From Terriglobia bacterium (lineage in GTDB: Bacteria > Acidobacteriota > Terriglobia > 2-12-FULL-54-10), in assembly GCA_963666975.2 (NCBI GenBank), contig CAXVYR010000003.1, positions 32,001-96,000 of the forward strand: 64,000 nt of DNA, written 5' to 3'. The stretch's first letter is position 1, and each line of letters begins with the position of its first letter. Below, piece by piece: positions 55,266-64,000 of the stretch. The notes under the pieces are model-generated. The model was not told where the DNA came from and searched no databases. It saw only the letters and a program-made list of their open reading frames with translations. A program made the translations under genes and the position numbers.

Positions 55266-55304
55266 CTTAGAAGGCAGATGCTCTATCCACTGAGCTACGC
55301 GCCC
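55266..55304 (-). repeat. att site: displaced 5' half of tRNA-Arg (bases 1-39)
   Basis: Exact 39-bp repeat ending just past the anticodon loop. Confidence 0.95.
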
Positions 55305-55312
55305 CGCAGTTC

Positions 55313-55321
55313 AGTATAGCA
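55313..55321 (-). promoter_or_regulatory. Native tRNA promoter (extended -10)
   Basis: TGC-TATACT, 8 nt upstream of the tRNA fragment, same spacing as the island promoter. Confidence 0.6.
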
Positions 55322-55377
55322 GTCCTCTCGGCGACGCCTAAAAGCTCACGAAAAAAACGGCTGCCGGAGGAGGCCGC

Positions 55378-56100
55378 TTACCGCCACCAGGAGATTCCGG
55401 TGTAGATATAGAGCGCATTGTGTCCGGGATTGCGCTCCGCCGTGCTGGCATTGGAAATGTGATGGTAGCGCACGCCAAACACCGCCGCCGAGCGCGGTCG
55501 CCGGAACCAGTAAACTCCGACGCCGCCCTGTGGGGTGAAGTTGAACTGCGATGTGTCTTCCGGAACCTTCCGGGTGATGAACAGCATCCCCGCGCCGGCT
55601 TGGATAAAGGGAACGAAGCGGCTGCCGCCGGAGAAGTTGTATTGCAGCAGGAGGGGAGTGACGCCTCCTCCAAAAACATTTGTGGATTGGCCCATCACGA
55701 AGGCCGGCAAGATTTCCACGGCGTATTCGAGATTTCCGCGAAGCAACCCGGGTCCGTGATTGGTGGTCAGCACGCGGCCCCAGCGCAGGTGCATCGCCCA
55801 AAAGTTGGCGTTGCTGGCGCCTCCGGCAATGCCGACGCCCGCACCGGTGATCGCGCTCCATTCCGTAGCGCCCTTGCGGATGGGCGGCTCCCGGCGCGAC
55901 TGGGTTGGGTCGGCCTGAGCAGAAGGCAAGGTGGAAAGCGGAAGCGCGGCAGGGGGGAGCGCGGCAGGGGGAAGAGTGAATAGCGGAGCAGTGGAGGGAA
56001 CAGGTTCCGCTGCGACGGCCGAAGTCTGGAACAGAATCCACGCTGCCAGCGGCAAAGCGCTCGCGAACAGCGCGCGGCTTACTGCAATGTTGGGCAACAT
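55378..56100 (-). CDS. PagL-like lipid A deacylase/acyloxyacyl hydrolase beta-barrel
   Basis: Signal peptide; FNFTPQGGVG, RYHHISNA, NPGHN, aromatic C-terminus. Confidence 0.85.
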   Translation of the reverse strand: MLPNIAVSRALFASALPLAAWILFQTSAVAAEPVPSTAPLFTLPPAALPPAALPLSTLPSAQADPTQSRREPPIRKGATEWSAITGAGVGIAGGASNANFWAMHLRWGRVLTTNHGPGLLRGNLEYAVEILPAFVMGQSTNVFGGGVTPLLLQYNFSGGSRFVPFIQAGAGMLFITRKVPEDTSQFNFTPQGGVGVYWFRRPRSAAVFGVRYHHISNASTAERNPGHNALYIYTGISWWR

Positions 56101-56516
56101 GTCCGCCTCTGCCGGTTGCGTTTTGCCGGATCGGAAGGCCCGATTGTATCATGAGAATTAGCGCAAATTCCTTCGCAGTTTCCATCGTAGTTTCCATCAG
56201 GGCAGCAAAGAATCCATAGCCCAAAGGTCCTGCCGAAAAAAGTGACTTTCCCGCTATTCCCCCCGGACTGGAAGCTGTTTTACAGTGGAGTTGTTGATGA
56301 GGTAAGACTGACCTGAGGGACGCCGGGGGGACGAACTTCAGGGAAGCCTTTCCTGGGGCTGGCGGTGTTCGCCGGCCCTTTTGCTTTTTCCACCCCAACC
56401 GTGCAACCTTATCTTCATTATTAAAGAGACATCCTGATCCTCTGGTTCTCCGGCGCAATGGAATTTTGCGTACGGCAGGCCTTGACAGGGATCAGAGAGC
56501 TTTCTATTTTTGGAAG

Positions 56517-57407
56517 ATGCCGACTTCTGTGGCCAATGCAATGCCACCGCCCAGAACCGCCCGCCGGCGGTTTGCGAAAACTCCGAAGCAGACTTTGGGG
56601 CAAAGGGCCAAGGCCACCCTGCGCCATGTGCGGTTTTCTTCCGGAGTTCGTCTCGGCATGCTCGACCTTTCGCCACGGTTCGCCGGGCCGCAGCGCCAGG
56701 AGCTGGAATTTTGGATCCGCAGAATGCCTCCGCTCTTTCGGTCCCGCCTACCACGGCTGAAGCTGGCCGTTGCGGACCGGCTGAGTTTGGCGGGGACGAG
56801 CGTCTTTATCAATATCAATGAGTCTCCACCTTCGGAGAATCAGCTTCCGAAAAAGACCGCCTCGTCCAGCCGCACGCATGCGGTCAGTTTCATTCCAGAG
56901 CGTTACGTGGTGTTGGATGCGGCGCTCTTCCACCGCCGTGTGGAGCTGGGACGCATTCTGTATCATGAACTTTGCCATTTTCTGTGGCCCAGACTGGGAA
57001 ATCCCAGCCGCGAAAAGTTTGCCGCCCTGCTCGTTCGGGAGTTCCGGCAGGGCATCAAAGGAGAACTGGGCTATTCGTCTGAATGGCGCAAAGCAAAGCT
57101 GACGGCGGGAGGAACAGGGCAGAGCAGGAGGAGATTTCTCGGCCGTCAATGGCGGGAATATGTTTGCGAAAGTTTTTGCGACACAGGATCGTTCGTTTTG
57201 CTGGATCGCGAGCGAAGGAGAAATCACTCGGAATATACGCTGAGCGGGATGGCTCGTGACCGGCGCTGCTCGCAATGGTCCCAGTTGGTGTTCGGACGCG
57301 GAGAAGCATCTTTGAAGCACAGAGGCGGCCCGGCCGGTCCACGGAGCAAGAGACCGAAACCTCTTCGCAGCAAGGTTGGCCGTTGGGTCTCAGCTTTTCT
57401 GCGGTGA
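56517..57407 (+). CDS. Hypothetical protein with zincin HExxH motif
   Basis: ILYHELCH and downstream EYVCESF; start uncertain. Confidence 0.6.
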   Translation: MPTSVANAMPPPRTARRRFAKTPKQTLGQRAKATLRHVRFSSGVRLGMLDLSPRFAGPQRQELEFWIRRMPPLFRSRLPRLKLAVADRLSLAGTSVFININESPPSENQLPKKTASSSRTHAVSFIPERYVVLDAALFHRRVELGRILYHELCHFLWPRLGNPSREKFAALLVREFRQGIKGELGYSSEWRKAKLTAGGTGQSRRRFLGRQWREYVCESFCDTGSFVLLDRERRRNHSEYTLSGMARDRRCSQWSQLVFGRGEASLKHRGGPAGPRSKRPKPLRSKVGRWVSAFLR

Positions 57408-57875
57408 GCCGGGAGGGGAGGAGATCGCTCCGATGAAGTCCTGCAGCGCGCGCAGCATGTCGGTCACAGTGATGATTCCGACCAGTTTCCCCTCCTCCAG
57501 GACAGGCAAGCAGCCCAGGCGCTTTGTATAGAGCAAGACCACTGCTTCTCCCAGGGGCGAATCGGGGGTGGTGGTGACCGGCTCCTTGGTCATTACCTTT
57601 CCCAACGCAGTGCCTTCGAACACGCGGTTGTACTCCTCCTCTGGGAGGGGCGTCAGGCGGGACGGGGCGTAGCGGGCCACATCCTTGTCGGTGAGAATTC
57701 CCACCAGATGGCCGTTTTCCACGATGGGGATGTGCCGGAGATGCGACCGGCGCAGCAGCAGCGCCGCGTCCAGAAGGCTTTGAGTGACCTCCAAGGTCTG
57801 CGGATCCGCCGTCATGTGCTGGCGCACCTGAACTCGATCCGGCCACCCGATGAGGTCCGTCTGTGTCAAGAACAA
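57390..57875 (-). CDS. CBS-domain pair protein
   Basis: RHIPIV..LVGILT..D; GCLPV..LVGIIT.TD. Confidence 0.9.
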   Translation of the reverse strand: MFLTQTDLIGWPDRVQVRQHMTADPQTLEVTQSLLDAALLLRRSHLRHIPIVENGHLVGILTDKDVARYAPSRLTPLPEEEYNRVFEGTALGKVMTKEPVTTTPDSPLGEAVVLLYTKRLGCLPVLEEGKLVGIITVTDMLRALQDFIGAISSPPGSPQKS

Positions 57876-58193
57876 CCCTCCGCCGCGATCTTTACTGCGG
57901 TTTGATTACTTCTGCTTGCCAGGGCCAATTCTAGCAAATCCTCAGCCCGGCAACAATCAAGCCCTTTCCTCATTATTAGGTTCGCAAGCCTGGATTTTTC
58001 AGGTCAGGTTGCGTTCATTTCGCAAACTGAGAAGTAAGCCGGAGGCGGAACGTGCCCTGACGGGAGTGTAATATTGGGATATACGAACTGGGAAACAGGT
58101 CTAGAATAGCTTGCAGGCAGTTGGGAAAAACGGCACGGGAGGATTATACAGTGGACGCAGGCTTCCGCCGCCACGGGTCAGGGAGGGAAACCG

Positions 58194-58497
58194 ATGCCAA
58201 CAGTGGATGAGGTATATGCCGCACTGCGGCAGTGCATTGATCCGGAGCTTCCTGTCAGCATTGTGGATCTGGGACTGATCTACGAGGTGAAGGTGGAGAA
58301 CGATACGGTGCAAGGTCACGATGACCCTTACAGGAGCAGGCTGTCCGAGCCATGTTTCGATCAGCGAGGAAGTCAAAAGACGTGTGCTCATGATGTCGGG
58401 AGTGCGCGACGCCTCGGTCGAAGTGGTGTGGGAGCCGCGGTGGAGCCCCAGCCTGATGAGCGCCGCCGCCAAGCAAAAGCTCGGAGTCAAGGAGTAG
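58194..58497 (+). pseudogene. SufT/DUF59 Fe-S assembly factor with one extra base near 58312
   Basis: DPELPVSIVDLGLIY, then in the shifted frame VTMTLTGAGCP..VVWEPRWSP..KQKLG. Confidence 0.85.
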
Positions 58498-58529
58498 TCC
58501 CGGCGGAGACCTGCGGCTGCCAGTTCAGG

Positions 58530-59462
58530 TCACTTCCCTGGGTGGGCCTCGGTCTCCAGGAATCGCTCGGCGGCCATGGCAGCCATGCAGCCCGTGCCGG
58601 AGGCAGTGATCGCCTGCCGGTAGATGCGGTCCTGCACGTCCCCGCAGGCAAACACCCCGGGGACGTTGGTAATGGGCGCAGGCCGGGTGATGAGATAGCC
58701 GTCGGAGTCCATATCGAGCTGGCCCCGGAAGATGCCCGTGTTCGGAATGTGCCCGATCGCCACGAAAACGGCGCTGACATCCTCTTCCGTCGTCTTCTGT
58801 GTCTTCACGTTTTTCAGCTTCACGCCGGTCACTTCATTCCGCGCCGGGTCGGCAATGTCCTCGACGACTGTGTTCAGCGTGAAACCGATCTTGGCGTTGC
58901 CGCGGGCCCGGTCCAGCATAATCTTGGAGGCTCGGAACTGGTCTCGGCGATGCACCACGTCGACGTGCGAAGCGAACCGGGTAAGAAAGATAGACTCCTC
59001 CATGGCCGAATCGCCACCGCCGACCACCATCACTTTTTTGTCGCGGAAGAAAAAGCCGTCGCAGGTGGCGCAACTGGAGACTCCCTTGCCGATCAGGGTC
59101 TTCTCAGCGTCCAGACCCAGCCAGCGCGCGGAGGCGCCGGAAGCGACGATCAGAGCGCGCGTCTGAATCGGTTCGCCGTTCACCGTCAGCGTGAAGGGGC
59201 TCTTCGATAGATCCGCTGCGGTGACATCCCCCGCTTTGTACTCGGTTCCAAAACGCGCCGCCTGATCCTTCATCCGCTGGATCAACTCCGGACCCTGCAC
59301 GCCCTCCGGGAATCCCGGGAAATTTTCCACCAGGGTCGTGAGCGACAATTGTCCTCCCGCTTCCCGGCCTTCGATGACCAGTGGATTCAGATTCGCGCGC
59401 CCGGTATAGATGGCGGCGGTCAGCCCGGCGCATCCCGACCCGATAATGACTACATCCCGCAT
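58530..59462 (-). CDS. trxB: Thioredoxin reductase
   Basis: GSGCAG, CATCDG, GGGDSAMEE, HRRD, GVFACGD, QAITA. Confidence 0.97.
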   Translation of the reverse strand: MRDVVIIGSGCAGLTAAIYTGRANLNPLVIEGREAGGQLSLTTLVENFPGFPEGVQGPELIQRMKDQAARFGTEYKAGDVTAADLSKSPFTLTVNGEPIQTRALIVASGASARWLGLDAEKTLIGKGVSSCATCDGFFFRDKKVMVVGGGDSAMEESIFLTRFASHVDVVHRRDQFRASKIMLDRARGNAKIGFTLNTVVEDIADPARNEVTGVKLKNVKTQKTTEEDVSAVFVAIGHIPNTGIFRGQLDMDSDGYLITRPAPITNVPGVFACGDVQDRIYRQAITASGTGCMAAMAAERFLETEAHPGK

Positions 59463-59676
59463 GCTGTTGTGTTCCTCTCAAAAATTAAAATGACTGTCAC
59501 AGGATCGCTGTGTAAATCAGCCTATTGTAGCTGCTTTTCGCGTTTCAATAACAGTTCCGCCCTATGGGATGCGCCTCTGCGGCACAAGGATTCAGCGTCG
59601 CCAGAGCAGCACCGTCGAGCCGCTTCTTAAATGGACGGGAAAACAGCGCCGAGGCGCTGCCGCAAGGGTTTTTCCC

Positions 59677-59730
59677 TTGACAGGGGAAGGCGGGGAAAGG
59701 GATAATGTTAATGCAAGTCATTTGCAATAA
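59677..59730 (+). promoter_or_regulatory. Promoter with Fur-like operator
   Basis: TTGACA-18-GATAAT followed by the dyad AATGCAAGTCATTTGCAAT, upstream of iron-uptake genes. Confidence 0.7.
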
Positions 59731-59874
59731 GAAAGGCTGTTTTTGGCTCCTCCAAACGACACCCGCTGCTCGAAAGACAGGGGCACGAACCTCCGCCGTC
59801 TCGGTTGGTCCGAGATTTTCATTATGCGCTTCTTGAATGGATTGTAAGGGAAAAGGGCGTCAACGGGTCCATAT

Positions 59875-61140
59875 ATGGTGCAGGCACTGATCGTTACGCT
59901 CCGGGAAGGCGTAGAAGCCGCTCTGGTGATTGGGATTGCCGTGGCCTACCTGGGCAAATCCGGGAGGGGCCATTTAGTGAGAGTGGTCTACTTCGCTCTG
60001 GCTGCTGCCGTCGCTGCCAGCGTTGCAGGCGCAGTGTTGCTGCAACGTGTCAGCTTAAACCAGGAAGCCGTGGAGGGATGGCTTCTGCTGCTGGCGGCTT
60101 TTTTTGTGGCGACGGTGGTGTACTGGATGCAGCGCACGGCCCGCACGCTGCGGCACCGCATTGAGCAGCGTCTGGAGACTGTCTCCGCCCAGCACAAAAC
60201 CTCCGTTCTCGGTGTCTTTCTTTTTGTCTTTTTCATGGTGTTCCGCGAGGGGATGGAGACGATCCTAATTCTCTCGGCAGTATCCTGGAACTCAACCGAT
60301 TTGCTGAGCTTGATTGGAACCGGTGTCGGCCTGGCTCTGGCTGTCGTCTTTGGCATTGTTTTTGTGCGAGGCACCCTCCGGATGGACCTGCGGAAATTTT
60401 TCCGCGTGACCAGCATCATCCTGGCGTGCGTGGTGCTGCAATTGCTGGTGACCGGCCTGCACGAGCTTTCCGAAGCGCAGGTTCTGCCCAGCAGCCAGCG
60501 GGAGATGGCCGTGGTGGGGCCGATTGTAAGCAACAGCGTGTTCTTCTTCGTCGTCATCCTGGCCCTGGCCGCTCTCATGGTGCTGTTTGACTGGCGGTCC
60601 CGCCAGGCCGGTCTGTCCCCGGCCGGCGAGGTTTCCCGCTCCGAACTGCGCAAGCAGCAGTGGGGAGCACGGAAGGAAAAGTTTTGGGCGGTTGCCGTCT
60701 GCCTGAGCGCATTTGTTTTCGCGGTGCTCGTGACGGCTGAATTTATCTATGCCAAGAGTGCGACGGCGCTTTCCGAGGCCCGGCCCGTGACGGCGGAGCA
60801 GGGCGCGATTCTCATTCCCACAGAAAGCGTTTCCGACGGAAACCTCCATCGGTTTATTTACACGGCGGGCGATGTCACCACCCGCTTCATCGTCATTCGA
60901 GTCGGTTCCCGTTTGGCCACGGCCCTGGACGCCTGCGACATCTGCGGCGCGCAGGGCTACTACCAAAATGGGGCGACCATCATTTGCCGGAACTGCGCGG
61001 CGGAAATCTTCGGTCCCACCATTGGTTTGAGCGGCGGCTGCAACCCGGCGCCTCTGCCCTCGACGATTGAGGGAGCCATGTTGCGGATCGAGGCCGCTGA
61101 TCTGGAGTCCGGCGCGCGGTACTTTCACGCTCACCCGTGA
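59875..61140 (+). CDS. FTR1 iron permease fused to a DUF2318-like Cys domain
   Basis: REGVE and REGME motifs; DACDIC, ICRNC, GGCNP. Confidence 0.9.
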   Translation: MVQALIVTLREGVEAALVIGIAVAYLGKSGRGHLVRVVYFALAAAVAASVAGAVLLQRVSLNQEAVEGWLLLLAAFFVATVVYWMQRTARTLRHRIEQRLETVSAQHKTSVLGVFLFVFFMVFREGMETILILSAVSWNSTDLLSLIGTGVGLALAVVFGIVFVRGTLRMDLRKFFRVTSIILACVVLQLLVTGLHELSEAQVLPSSQREMAVVGPIVSNSVFFFVVILALAALMVLFDWRSRQAGLSPAGEVSRSELRKQQWGARKEKFWAVAVCLSAFVFAVLVTAEFIYAKSATALSEARPVTAEQGAILIPTESVSDGNLHRFIYTAGDVTTRFIVIRVGSRLATALDACDICGAQGYYQNGATIICRNCAAEIFGPTIGLSGGCNPAPLPSTIEGAMLRIEAADLESGARYFHAHP

Positions 61141-61146
61141 GTTGCG

Positions 61147-62478
61147 ATGTTTTGGAAAGTTGTACAGGAATCATTCTTGAGGCCCGGCCGCCGCCGCCGC
61201 GCCCTGTGGGCCATGCTAGCGGTCGCCCTGGGAACAGCAGTTGCCGCCGCCATGCTGCATGTGTCGCTTGATATCGGCGACAAGATGGGCAGGGAACTGA
61301 GAACCTTGGGGGCCAACATTGTTGTCACCCCATCGGCGGATACGCTGCCTGTCGAGATCGGCGGCATTGATTATCGTCCCGTGTCGGAAGGCGCCTATAT
61401 TGAGGAATCGTCTCTCGCCAAGCTGAAGGAGATCTTCTGGCGCAACAACATCATCGCCTTCGCCCCGTACCTGTACATGCCGGTTCGCGTCGAAGGTCAG
61501 CCCGCGAGCCATTCCTCAATTCTGGTGGGAACCTGGTGGGAGCATCCCGTTGTTACCTCGACGGGCGATCAGTTCCAGACCGGCGTCCAGCAGCTCAATC
61601 CCACATGGAAATTGGAAGGCCAGCCGATTCGGGATTCCGTGTCCGGTGCAGACGGGAACGTTTGCTGGATCGGCAGCTCTTTGGCCGAAGCGCTGGGCCT
61701 CGGATTGGGGGATACCGTACGCTTGGCGGCCACGGATGAGGATGCGGAACCGGGAGCGGCCGTCGGAAGAGGGGAACTTTCGCTCGTTGTGAAAGGCATC
61801 CTGACCACCGGAGGCGCCGAGGACAATCAGATTTTCACCTCCTTGGGCTTGGTGCAGTCTTGGGCCGGATTGGACGGCAAGGTCCGCAAGGTTGAGGTAA
61901 GCGCTCTGATCAAGCCCGAGGACGAACTTTCCCGCCGCGATCCCGCGACCATGACGCCGGCACAGTATGACCGCTGGTATTGCTCGCCGTATCTTTCTTC
62001 GATCCTTCATCAGATTGGCGAGGTCCTGCCGGGAACTGCCTCGCGGCAGATTCGGCAAGTGGCTGAAACACAGGGGAACGTGCTGAGTCAGCTGACGTTT
62101 CTGCTGTGGATGCTGGCGCTTTTGGCGCTGACGGCCGCGGCGCTCAGCATATCGAGTATCGCCAGTCTAACTGTTATGGAGCGGCGGAAGGAAATCGGAT
62201 TGATGAAAGCCATTGGAGCCCCGGATTGGCTGGTTGCCTCCTTCTTCCTGGCGGAGATCACCGTGCAGGGCGTCGCGGGCGGGATTTTGGGTTTTGTCGG
62301 CGGGCAGCTTCTGGCGAAGGTCGTGGGGCGAGTGGTGTTCGGCGCCGATGTCGCGGTCAACTGGATGCTTTTGCCGCTGATGCTGCTGGTGGCATTGGGC
62401 GTCAGTTTTGCAGGGACTTGGCTGCCTTTGAAGCGGGCCGTTCACAATGATCCGGCGTGGGTGTTGCGCGAGGAATAA
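61147..62478 (+). CDS. FtsX-type ABC permease (Fet/P19-associated type)
   Basis: GANIVV, IFWRNNI, WYCSPY, ERRKEIGLMKAIGA. Confidence 0.9.
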   Translation: MFWKVVQESFLRPGRRRRALWAMLAVALGTAVAAAMLHVSLDIGDKMGRELRTLGANIVVTPSADTLPVEIGGIDYRPVSEGAYIEESSLAKLKEIFWRNNIIAFAPYLYMPVRVEGQPASHSSILVGTWWEHPVVTSTGDQFQTGVQQLNPTWKLEGQPIRDSVSGADGNVCWIGSSLAEALGLGLGDTVRLAATDEDAEPGAAVGRGELSLVVKGILTTGGAEDNQIFTSLGLVQSWAGLDGKVRKVEVSALIKPEDELSRRDPATMTPAQYDRWYCSPYLSSILHQIGEVLPGTASRQIRQVAETQGNVLSQLTFLLWMLALLALTAAALSISSIASLTVMERRKEIGLMKAIGAPDWLVASFFLAEITVQGVAGGILGFVGGQLLAKVVGRVVFGADVAVNWMLLPLMLLVALGVSFAGTWLPLKRAVHNDPAWVLREE

Positions 62479-62495
62479 ATGAACGGGAGAAATAA

Positions 62496-63701
62496 ATGAG
62501 CCGATGGGCGATTTTCTTTCGCGTCGTATCCCGGGCCTTCTGGTTTCGTCCCGGACGTGTTTCCGCCGCGCTGGCTTCCTTGACTGTGGGTGCCACCCTG
62601 GCCAGCGCCTTTCTGAATCTGTATTTCGAGTTGCCCCGAAAGATGACAGGAGAGTTCCGCAGCTTGGGAGCCAATCTGGTGCTGGCCCCCGCCGGCAACG
62701 CGCAGACCTTGCCGGAGAGCGTTTTTCACCAGGTTGGTGCTCAGCATCATCCGCCGGAGCTTTCCCGCCTGCCGTGGTTGTATGCGGTCGGCGAGGTGGG
62801 CAATGAAGACGTGATTTTCGGCGGCACGGATCTCGCCGGGCTGGCCGCCATGAATCCTTGGTGGCAAGTTATGGGGTGGCAAGTTCTGGGCGATACCGCA
62901 CGGAATGCTTCTCCTGGGAACCTGGAAGCTTTTCTGAAAACGGAAGCTTCTCTGCAAGGGCAGTCGCCGGAAAATCAAGACAGGTGGCTCCTGGCGGGAG
63001 AAAAAGCCGCCTCCCATTTCGGGTTGCACCCAGGAGAAACAGTCCAACTAGATTATGGCGAGAGAGCGCTGAAGCTGCCTTTACTGGCCGTTGTATCGAC
63101 GGGCGGAAGCGAAGACTCACAGCTCTTTCTGCCGCTCCCCGCTTTACAAGAGTTGACCGGCCAGCCGGAGCGGCTCAGTTTGATCGAGTTGCGGGCGCAG
63201 GGATCGGGCGAGCAGGTGGAGACCGTTCGGCAAAGCTTGGCGGCCCTGTTGCCGCAAACCGAGGTGCGCCCGCTCCGGCAGGTGGTGGAGTCTGAGGCCC
63301 TGGTGGTGATGAAGGTCCGCTGGCTGATGTTTGGGCTGACGGCCATCGTCCTCGGCATTGTGGTCCTCAGCGTGATGACTACGGTGAGCGGCTTGGTGCT
63401 CGACCGCCAGCGGGAGATTGGCGTCATGAAAGCGCTGGGCGGAAGCGACGGCATGATCTCGCTTTTGTTTGTCACCGAAACCGCCTGCTATGCATCGCTG
63501 GCCGCAGTGTTAGGTTACCTGGCCGGTTTCGGGCTGTCGCAGTGGGCCGCGCTGCGTATGTTTGGGTCGGTTTTGCAGTGGCGCTGGGACGTCCTGCCGG
63601 CGGTTGTGGCGGTGACGCTGGGGGTGGCCCTGATGGCAACGGCGTTCCCCATCCATCTGGTTCGGAAGGTGGACCCAGCCGTGAGCTTGAGAGGCAATTG
63701 A
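62496..63701 (+). CDS. FtsX-type ABC permease
   Basis: GANLVL, TGGSED, DRQREIGVMKALG. Confidence 0.9.
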   Translation: MSRWAIFFRVVSRAFWFRPGRVSAALASLTVGATLASAFLNLYFELPRKMTGEFRSLGANLVLAPAGNAQTLPESVFHQVGAQHHPPELSRLPWLYAVGEVGNEDVIFGGTDLAGLAAMNPWWQVMGWQVLGDTARNASPGNLEAFLKTEASLQGQSPENQDRWLLAGEKAASHFGLHPGETVQLDYGERALKLPLLAVVSTGGSEDSQLFLPLPALQELTGQPERLSLIELRAQGSGEQVETVRQSLAALLPQTEVRPLRQVVESEALVVMKVRWLMFGLTAIVLGIVVLSVMTTVSGLVLDRQREIGVMKALGGSDGMISLLFVTETACYASLAAVLGYLAGFGLSQWAALRMFGSVLQWRWDVLPAVVAVTLGVALMATAFPIHLVRKVDPAVSLRGN

Positions 63702-63702
63702 G

Positions 63703-64000
63703 ATGACGGAAGCCAGGAATCATGCGGGCGCGGGCGAGAAGGCGGGCTCTCCGTTGATTGAGTTAGCGGGACTGCACAAAGGATACGGCCCGGCTGTGAT
63801 GGCGCTGGAGAATGTCAGCTTCACGGTCGGTCGCGGCGAGTGGATCGCAGTAATGGGTCCGTCGGGCTCGGGCAAGACGACGTTGCTGAACATCATCGGG
63901 TGTCTCGACTCCCCGACCTCAGGCCGGGTGGTGATTGAAGGAGAAGACGTCAGCCATTTCAGCAAACGGGATTTGGCTAATTTTCGTGCGGAAAAAGTAG
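63703..64000 (+). CDS. ABC ATP-binding protein (partial, runs off window)
   Basis: MGPSGSGKTTLLNIIGCLD. Confidence 0.9.
   Translation, partial: MTEARNHAGAGEKAGSPLIELAGLHKGYGPAVMALENVSFTVGRGEWIAVMGPSGSGKTTLLNIIGCLDSPTSGRVVIEGEDVSHFSKRDLANFRAEKV

Larger units (their letters stand above)
4213..55304. mobile_element. tRNA-Arg-integrated genomic island (decayed ICE)
   Basis: 39-bp direct repeat at 4213-4251 and 55266-55304; adjacent tyrosine integrase and excisionase; T4SS remnants; high IS density. Confidence 0.92.

Noticed and set aside
58194-59210. 338-aa ORF
   Set aside because: Frameshift read-through of the sufT-like gene antisense to trxB

Overview
GC-rich bacterial DNA, most likely Acidobacteriota (Oar-type TonB receptor, NHL/BACON surface protein). 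Core genes (hpt, lysA, an SDR with an in-frame stop) flank the left side; pagL-like, CBS, frameshifted sufT-like, trxB and an FTR1-DUF2318/ABC iron-uptake operon flank the right. Between them is a ~51-kb decayed ICE-like genomic island (4213-55304) integrated at the anticodon loop of tRNA-Arg(TCT). Unusually, the 5' half of the tRNA is duplicated, so the intact tRNA sits behind an island-supplied promoter. The island holds int/xis, VirB11/VirD4 remnants, ISs or IS fragments from about nine families and two MITEs. Its intact cargo is the best candidate for an undescribed system. It is an 18-kb co-oriented operon: TonB-dependent receptor, six exported paralogous M29/NicX-fold metalloproteins with His-rich predicted metal sites and mosaic DNA, a cohesin-like protein ending CFFFTH, and an FtsX/MacB-type ABC transporter. 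Two Tat-exported molybdoenzymes (MsrP, IorAB/NicAB-like) flank it. Family calls come from motif recognition by eye, not database searches.
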